DNA of 64,000 nucleotides from Chlamydiales bacterium (GTDB lineage Bacteria; Chlamydiota; Chlamydiia; Chlamydiales; JARBTQ01): NCBI GenBank assembly GCA_029240075.1, contig JARBTQ010000008.1, positions 2,284 to 66,283 of the forward strand, read 5' to 3'. Shown piece by piece: positions 59,083 to 64,000 of this stretch (position 1 is its first letter; each line of letters starts with the position of its first letter). The notes under the pieces were generated by a model. It saw only the letters and a program-made list of their open reading frames with translations, ran no database searches and was not told where the DNA came from. The position numbers and the translations under genes were made by a program.

Positions 59083-59895
59083 TCACTCTGAAACCGCTAG
59101 CATTTGCAATAGTTGCTCTATTAATACTCTTCTAGATGCGTCAAATTGGATAAGGGGCATAAGTATTTTTTGAATATACGCATCATTAGAGTCCAACAAT
59201 AATGGATTATATTCAAAATGCACTCCAGATAGCACTACTTTCCCTTTACCACAAGTCATGGCAATAATAGATGGTAGCTCATTTTCGTAAGTAGCGATCA
59301 CTTTTGTATTCGAAAAGCTTTCTACATTTTCAAAGAACCCGCCACCGTTATAATAAACCACAGTTTGAGGAACGCTGCTAAAGATTGTGGAAATTTTTGC
59401 AGCCCGACAGCTACTATGTGTCTTATAGTCATAAGGAGCTAAGATAGGGCCAATTGCTTTTCCCTGAAAAAAACTTAATTCTCTATCTCCTAACACTTCT
59501 AAGGGGCCATCTTTGTCAAACTGAACATAAGATGAAGCATAATAAGCTCCTGCGCAAATTCCTAAAAAAGAGCCCCCTTCTTCTACATATTGCTTGATCT
59601 TTTGGTTGCCTAACCCATTGAGTTTACGAACATAGGGTAGATCTGCTCCTCCTGGGATAACAAACAGCACTGCATATTCAATCCAAGCATCTTGTTGCAC
59701 TTCTTCAGCTGTAATGGTTTTTACTAAATACTTTCCAGCTGAAGAATCTTTGAGCATAAAAATAGTTTGCCCCAAAGATTCTTCACTAACTCCATCATCT
59801 TTATATATATAAACGGTATTTTTAGATGACGCATAGACTACTTGCGCAGCAAATGTATAAATTAGCATAAAAAGTAATGGTAAAATTTTTCCCAT
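59083..59895 (-). CDS. secreted class I glutamine-amidotransferase-like / BPL_N-like domain protein
   Basis: 270 aa. Signal peptide MGKILPLLFMLIYTFAAQVVYASS. VIPGGADLPY and GGSFLGICAGAYYAS resemble the BPL_N / DJ-1-PfpI-type nucleophile-elbow region. Assigned by eye. Confidence 0.45.
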   Translation of the reverse strand: MGKILPLLFMLIYTFAAQVVYASSKNTVYIYKDDGVSEESLGQTIFMLKDSSAGKYLVKTITAEEVQQDAWIEYAVLFVIPGGADLPYVRKLNGLGNQKIKQYVEEGGSFLGICAGAYYASSYVQFDKDGPLEVLGDRELSFFQGKAIGPILAPYDYKTHSSCRAAKISTIFSSVPQTVVYYNGGGFFENVESFSNTKVIATYENELPSIIAMTCGKGKVVLSGVHFEYNPLLLDSNDAYIQKILMPLIQFDASRRVLIEQLLQMLAVSE

Positions 59896-60094
59896 ACAAT
59901 ATCCCTAGAAAATGTTTTGAGACAATATGAAGATTCTAATTTACTAATTGAGATTTTGCAACGCTTTATACATTACAAAATAGGGATTTAGTTTATAAGT
60001 GCAGGTTTTTACAAGTTGAGAATAAGTGTTTAGTAACAATTAGCGAAAAAAAATCAGAATTAAGTCAGAAGATATAGGTGGCCTTAAAAAAGGA

Positions 60095-60182
60095 CGGAGG
60101 GAGTGGGATTCGAACCCACGATACGCGGTTAACGTATACATGCTTTCCAAGCATGCTCCTTCGGCCACTCGGACATCCCTCC
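60095..60182 (-). tRNA. tRNA-Ser (anticodon GGA)
   Basis: Reverse complement GGAGGGA-TG-TCCGAGTGGCCGAAGGA-G-CATGC-TTGGAAA-GCATG, a long variable arm, then GTGGGTTCGAATCCCAC-TCCCTCC-G. Class II tRNA, 88 nt. Confidence 0.9.
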
Positions 60183-60417
60183 ATGAAAGATGTACGTATC
60201 TTATAAAAAAAACGCGTATAGCACAAGAAAAATCTTATCCTTTTGATAATTAGATAATAAAACACATTTTCTACTTAACTTTACAAACAATTCTTCTTTG
60301 CATATAGTTTCTAGATAACAGCAAAAAGCTTTTACCTTTACTACAGGGCACTTTTTAGCTCAATTTTCTCACTCTTTAATCTTAATAAGTACTTTTTAAC
60401 TTCTGGCGTATTTTTAT

Positions 60418-61905
60418 ATGGATTTACTCAAAATCATTGGTGGAAAACCTTTACATGGTTCCGTTAAGGCTACTGGAGCCAAAAACGCTATGACTAAGCT
60501 ACTAGTAGCTTCTCTATTATCAGATAAACCATGTACTTTTTATAACGTCCCGAACATTGGCGATGTAGAGATCACTGTTGCTTTATGCCAGGAAATAGGG
60601 ATGGAAGTTCAGTGGGACAGACAAGCTAAAATCATGCATGTAGTCACCAAAGATTTAAAAACTGCTTACATTCCGCAACGCTTTTCAGGAGCCAATCGTA
60701 TTCCTATTTTGATGATTGGTGCTCTTCTGGGTAGAACAGATGAAGATATTATCGTCCCTACTACGGGTGGTTGCGTTTTAGGCCAACGCCCTGTAGACTT
60801 CCATATTCAAGCTCTGACTAAATTAGGGGCAAGTATTGAGTATCGAGAAATGAGAAAAGAGGGTGCTTATTTTGCTCAAGCCCATAATGGGCTTAAAGGA
60901 GCGCTTATTCACTTACCTTATCCATCTGTTGGAGCTACAGAAAATGCTATTTTGGCTGCAGTTAGGGCCAAAGGGATTACGGTTATTAAAAATGCTGCTG
61001 TGGAACCTGAAATAGTAGATCTTATTTTATTTTTACAAAAGTTAGGCGCTCATATTGCAATCGATACCGATCGCACCATTAAAATTGAAGGTACGAATCA
61101 ATTTTATGAAGTAGAGCATACTGTTATTACAGATCGCAATGAAGTAGTTTCTTTTGCTATGGCAGCAATTGCAACAAAAGGAAGAGTCTTTATTGAAGGA
61201 GCACGCCACTATAACATGATAGCTTTTATGAATAAAATTAGAGCTATTGGCGGCCATTTTACAGTAAGAGACAATGGTATTGAATTCTTTTATGCTAATC
61301 CATTGAAAAGTGGAATTCATATTGAAACTGACATTCATCCTGGCTTTATGACTGATTGGCAACAGCCATTCGTTGTTTTGTTGACTCAGGCTCAAGGCTC
61401 TGCTGTTGTTCATGAGACTGTTTACGAAAATCGATTTGGTTATACAGAAGCTTTAAAAGAAATGGGGGCCGACATTCAACTATTCACACAGTGCTTAGGA
61501 GGAACTGCATGCCGCTACGCATCTCAAAGCTACCATCATAGCCTCGTTGTTAAAGGAGAGACCCTTCTACAAGGACGTAAAATTGCTATTCCTGATTTAC
61601 GAGCTGGCTTTGCTTATGTGATGGCCGCTCTTGTCGCCTCCGGAGAAAGTCAAATAACAGGCTTGCCTTTTCTAAATCGCGGCTATGAAAACTTAGTAGA
61701 GAAACTATCTAGTTTAGGTGCCGACATCAGTATTATAGAAAATCCACTAGAGCCTACAGAGAAATCGATTAAAAAAGCAGATAAAATTCTCTCAACAGCT
61801 AACAGTACAAGTAAAACTAAAAAAACAATAACCCCCTCTTTAACTGCAGATATTGCGGCTTCTAGTATCAAGGATTCTGCTGTAGTCAAAGCTATAGTTG
61901 ATTAA
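60418..61905 (+). CDS. murA: UDP-N-acetylglucosamine 1-carboxyvinyltransferase with ~50-aa C-terminal extension
   Basis: 495 aa. GAKNAMTKLLVASLL, active-site loop TTGGCVLGQRPVD (Cys retained), DLRAGFAYVMAAL, NRGYENLVEKLSSLGADI. An extra S/T/K-rich tail follows. Confidence 0.95.
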   Translation: MDLLKIIGGKPLHGSVKATGAKNAMTKLLVASLLSDKPCTFYNVPNIGDVEITVALCQEIGMEVQWDRQAKIMHVVTKDLKTAYIPQRFSGANRIPILMIGALLGRTDEDIIVPTTGGCVLGQRPVDFHIQALTKLGASIEYREMRKEGAYFAQAHNGLKGALIHLPYPSVGATENAILAAVRAKGITVIKNAAVEPEIVDLILFLQKLGAHIAIDTDRTIKIEGTNQFYEVEHTVITDRNEVVSFAMAAIATKGRVFIEGARHYNMIAFMNKIRAIGGHFTVRDNGIEFFYANPLKSGIHIETDIHPGFMTDWQQPFVVLLTQAQGSAVVHETVYENRFGYTEALKEMGADIQLFTQCLGGTACRYASQSYHHSLVVKGETLLQGRKIAIPDLRAGFAYVMAALVASGESQITGLPFLNRGYENLVEKLSSLGADISIIENPLEPTEKSIKKADKILSTANSTSKTKKTITPSLTADIAASSIKDSAVVKAIVD

Positions 61906-62882
61906 TGAACACACAAACACCTTTATGGAGACAGGTTCAACGTAAAAACTTTGTCAATTTAACAGTATTAGCTGATTATTTAGAACTTACAAAAGAACAA
62001 AGATCTCGATTAATACAAGATAAAAAGTTTACATTGAACTTGCCTCATCGGCTAGCAGCTAAAATTCAAAAGGCAAATTTAGAAGATCCTATTTTACGCC
62101 AATTTCTACCCCTTAACGATGAAGAAATTTCTGTTGAGGGGTTTATAAGCGATCCGTTACAAGAAAAGTTATTTCGCAAAAAGACTAAATTACTTCACAA
62201 GTATGAAGGGCGCGCTTTGTTAGTTACAACTCAAGCTTGCGCAATGCATTGTCGTTATTGCTTTCGTCGTCATTTCGAATATCAGCAAGAGGAAAAACTC
62301 TTTAAAGAGGAGCTGCAAGCTTTACGTGATGACCCTTCCATTGAAGAAGTTTTATTAAGTGGCGGTGATCCCCTTTCTTTAGAACAAAGCCATTTAGAAT
62401 ACCTTGTATCTAGTATTGATGCCATTCCACACGTTAAGCGCTTACGTTTTCATACACGCTTTCCTATAGGAATACCTGAAAGGATAGATGCTGCATTTTT
62501 GAATATGCTAGAACTTTTACGAGTCCAAGTTTGGTTTGTTATTCACTGCAATCACTCCAACGAGTTAGATGAAGATAATCTAGCAGCTTTAAATAGAATA
62601 CAACGGCTAGGCATTCCTGTTCTCAACCAAGCTGTTCTTTTAAAAGGGGTTAATGATGATTTTAACACCTTGCATGCTTTGTGTTCCCGATTAATTAATT
62701 ATGGTATATTCCCTTACTATATTCACCAATTAGATCGGGTACAAGGTGCAGCTCATTTTGAGGTTGATGAGCAACGTGGAAAACAACTTATTACAGAATT
62801 AGTTGCCATGATGCCTGGTTATGGTGTCCCTAAATACGTGAGAGAAGTTCCTGCAGCACCTAGTAAGGTTTCTATTGTTTAG
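61905..62882 (+). CDS. epmB: KamA-family radical SAM aminomutase (EF-P beta-lysylation protein EpmB-like)
   Basis: 325 aa. ACAMHCRYCFRR cluster, LLSGGDPL, RFHTRFPI, NQAVLLKGVND. The start overlaps the murA stop (TAATG). Confidence 0.8.
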   Translation: MNTQTPLWRQVQRKNFVNLTVLADYLELTKEQRSRLIQDKKFTLNLPHRLAAKIQKANLEDPILRQFLPLNDEEISVEGFISDPLQEKLFRKKTKLLHKYEGRALLVTTQACAMHCRYCFRRHFEYQQEEKLFKEELQALRDDPSIEEVLLSGGDPLSLEQSHLEYLVSSIDAIPHVKRLRFHTRFPIGIPERIDAAFLNMLELLRVQVWFVIHCNHSNELDEDNLAALNRIQRLGIPVLNQAVLLKGVNDDFNTLHALCSRLINYGIFPYYIHQLDRVQGAAHFEVDEQRGKQLITELVAMMPGYGVPKYVREVPAAPSKVSIV

Positions 62883-63387
62883 AAGAAGCTGATTCTTTAT
62901 CAAAAAATTTGCGTACACGCTCTTGGTAATTGATTACTTCTTGTAAATTTTTTGCTGAAAATTTAGCAATAAAGTCAGCCGAAACCTTTATCAGAGCTGC
63001 ATTTGTTCCTAAATTTTCATGTGAATTAAGTTTCGAATCCATTTTATTAACAGCTGAATTTTTATTATTTTTTGATTCAACCATTTTAAAACTGGAATCA
63101 TCAACAGATAAAGGCATATAGTTCTGCAACTGATAAAGCACGTCAGCGGCTTCAAGTTCTACAGGATTATAACGGTCTATTTGCTGTTTTGCCTTAACAT
63201 ATTCATGCTTTTTAACTTTCAATTTATCCCGCACTAAGCTGTTAGAAAAAGAGCCTGGACCATTGTCATTCCTCATTTTTTTATATTTTCTGTTATTTTT
63301 AGTAACAAAATTTGGTTTGTCAAGTGTAGAGTCTGAATGTGATTTTAGTGCTACTGAAGAGGGATTAAAGGAAGAGAGGATAGTCAT
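62872..63387 (-). CDS. hypothetical protein
   Basis: 171-aa ORF, K/N/S-rich, with no domain recognised. It overlaps the convergent epmB 3' end by 11 nt. Confidence 0.45.
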   Translation of the reverse strand: MTILSSFNPSSVALKSHSDSTLDKPNFVTKNNRKYKKMRNDNGPGSFSNSLVRDKLKVKKHEYVKAKQQIDRYNPVELEAADVLYQLQNYMPLSVDDSSFKMVESKNNKNSAVNKMDSKLNSHENLGTNAALIKVSADFIAKFSAKNLQEVINYQERVRKFFDKESASSKQ

Positions 63388-63398
63388 TAAAAACCCAC

Positions 63399-64000
63399 CT
63401 ATTTCTTTTGTCTTACGTTATTCAAAATTAGCTTGGCAGCTACCAAGCTACTAGACTGTTCTATATTTATTTGGCTCTTAATTTCTTTGCAAAAATTTAA
63501 TATACTTTCTCTTTTGCCCCCTGCCCTATACAGTTGCCCTACTACATTTGTTAATTTATCTATAGGTATTTTTTTATCAATAAGTTCAGGAAAAACTTCT
63601 GTACTCATAATGATATTGGGTAAACTGTAGTAAGGTAAATTGATATGAAAGATATATTTAGCTAAAAACCAATTTACCCAAGTTAATTTGTATGTGACTA
63701 CGGTAGGGACCTGATGTAAAGCAAGCTCTAAAGTTACAGTCCCTGATTTAGCTATAGCCATATGAGAGGCTTTCATTAGTTCATAGCTAAATTTTCTATC
63801 CACTAAAATAATGTTTCGTAAATCTGTTAAGTCAACTATTTTTTGTATTGAGGATTTTAAATTGGGATGAGCTACAGAAATGGCGATTGTACTTGCACAA
63901 CTATCATCTTCACTTAAAAAATGTTTTACTGCATTTAGTTGAACTTCTAAATTTCTAGCTATTTCTTTAGGGCGGCTCCCAGGAAAAATCGATATAATAG
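63399..64000 (-). CDS. lpxB: lipid-A-disaccharide synthase, C-terminal part (continues beyond the right edge)
   Basis: The track ORF 63399-63803 (AIAKSGTVTLELALHQVPTVVTYK...) is LpxB-like. Hand translation shows the frame stays open upstream to position 64000 and includes the conserved IFPGSRPKEI (PGSR) motif. Confidence 0.85.
   Translation of the reverse strand, partial: IISIFPGSRPKEIARNLEVQLNAVKHFLSEDDSCASTIAISVAHPNLKSSIQKIVDLTDLRNIILVDRKFSYELMKASHMAIAKSGTVTLELALHQVPTVVTYKLTWVNWFLAKYIFHINLPYYSLPNIIMSTEVFPELIDKKIPIDKLTNVVGQLYRAGGKRESILNFCKEIKSQINIEQSSSLVAAKLILNNVRQKK

Noticed and set aside
60065-60265. 66-aa minus-strand track ORF.
   Set aside because: It runs through the tRNA-Ser(GGA) gene, so it is an artefact.

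Overview
This is an AT-rich bacterial chromosome segment. Gene content and local synteny point to the phylum Chlamydiae: DUF721-gyrB-gyrA-tmk-holB; thrS-parA-pGP6-D-like-CT584-like; eno; murA-epmB; lpxB; a futalosine-type radical SAM enzyme. Three F-box-like proteins (two also with ankyrin-type repeats), extra two-component genes and long AT-rich spacers suggest an amoeba-associated, Parachlamydiaceae/Protochlamydia-like genome rather than a pathogenic Chlamydia. This placement is inference; no search was possible. The housekeeping backbone comprises radC, holB, tmk, gyrA, gyrB, pepF, ptsH, an MqnC/MqnE-type enzyme, ybeY, hemW, arfB, thrS, eno, lptD, murA, epmB and lpxB (partial), plus five tRNA genes: an operon of three CAU-anticodon tRNAs, tRNA-Leu(UAG) and tRNA-Ser(GGA). 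Five blocks deserve a second look. (1) 11.7-19.0 kb: a terminator-bounded four-gene operon with two TolC-like lipoproteins and two HlyD-type adaptors but no inner-membrane pump. One TolC-like protein carries a ~570-aa acidic tail, and one adaptor carries a cytoplasmic GAF-like domain. (2) 19.4-32.8 kb: an effector-like region with the three F-box-like proteins, methyltransferase-fold proteins and orphan ORFs. (3) 34.8-40.6 kb: an output-less phosphorelay operon made of REC-HPt-pseudoREC, a CheY-like regulator and two tandem paralogous 625-aa GAF-PAS-PAS kinases. (4) 43.5-45.7 kb: a chromosomal ParA / pGP6-D-like / CT584-like module. (5) 50.0-57.2 kb: BatA/BatB-like vWA membrane proteins, LptD, a CbbQ/MoxR-type AAA+ ATPase and a large partner protein. 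Two tiny basic ORFs fall below the ORF-track threshold, and there are several intragenic tandem repeats and two long non-coding spacers with structured elements. No rRNA, CRISPR array, transposase or integrase was seen.
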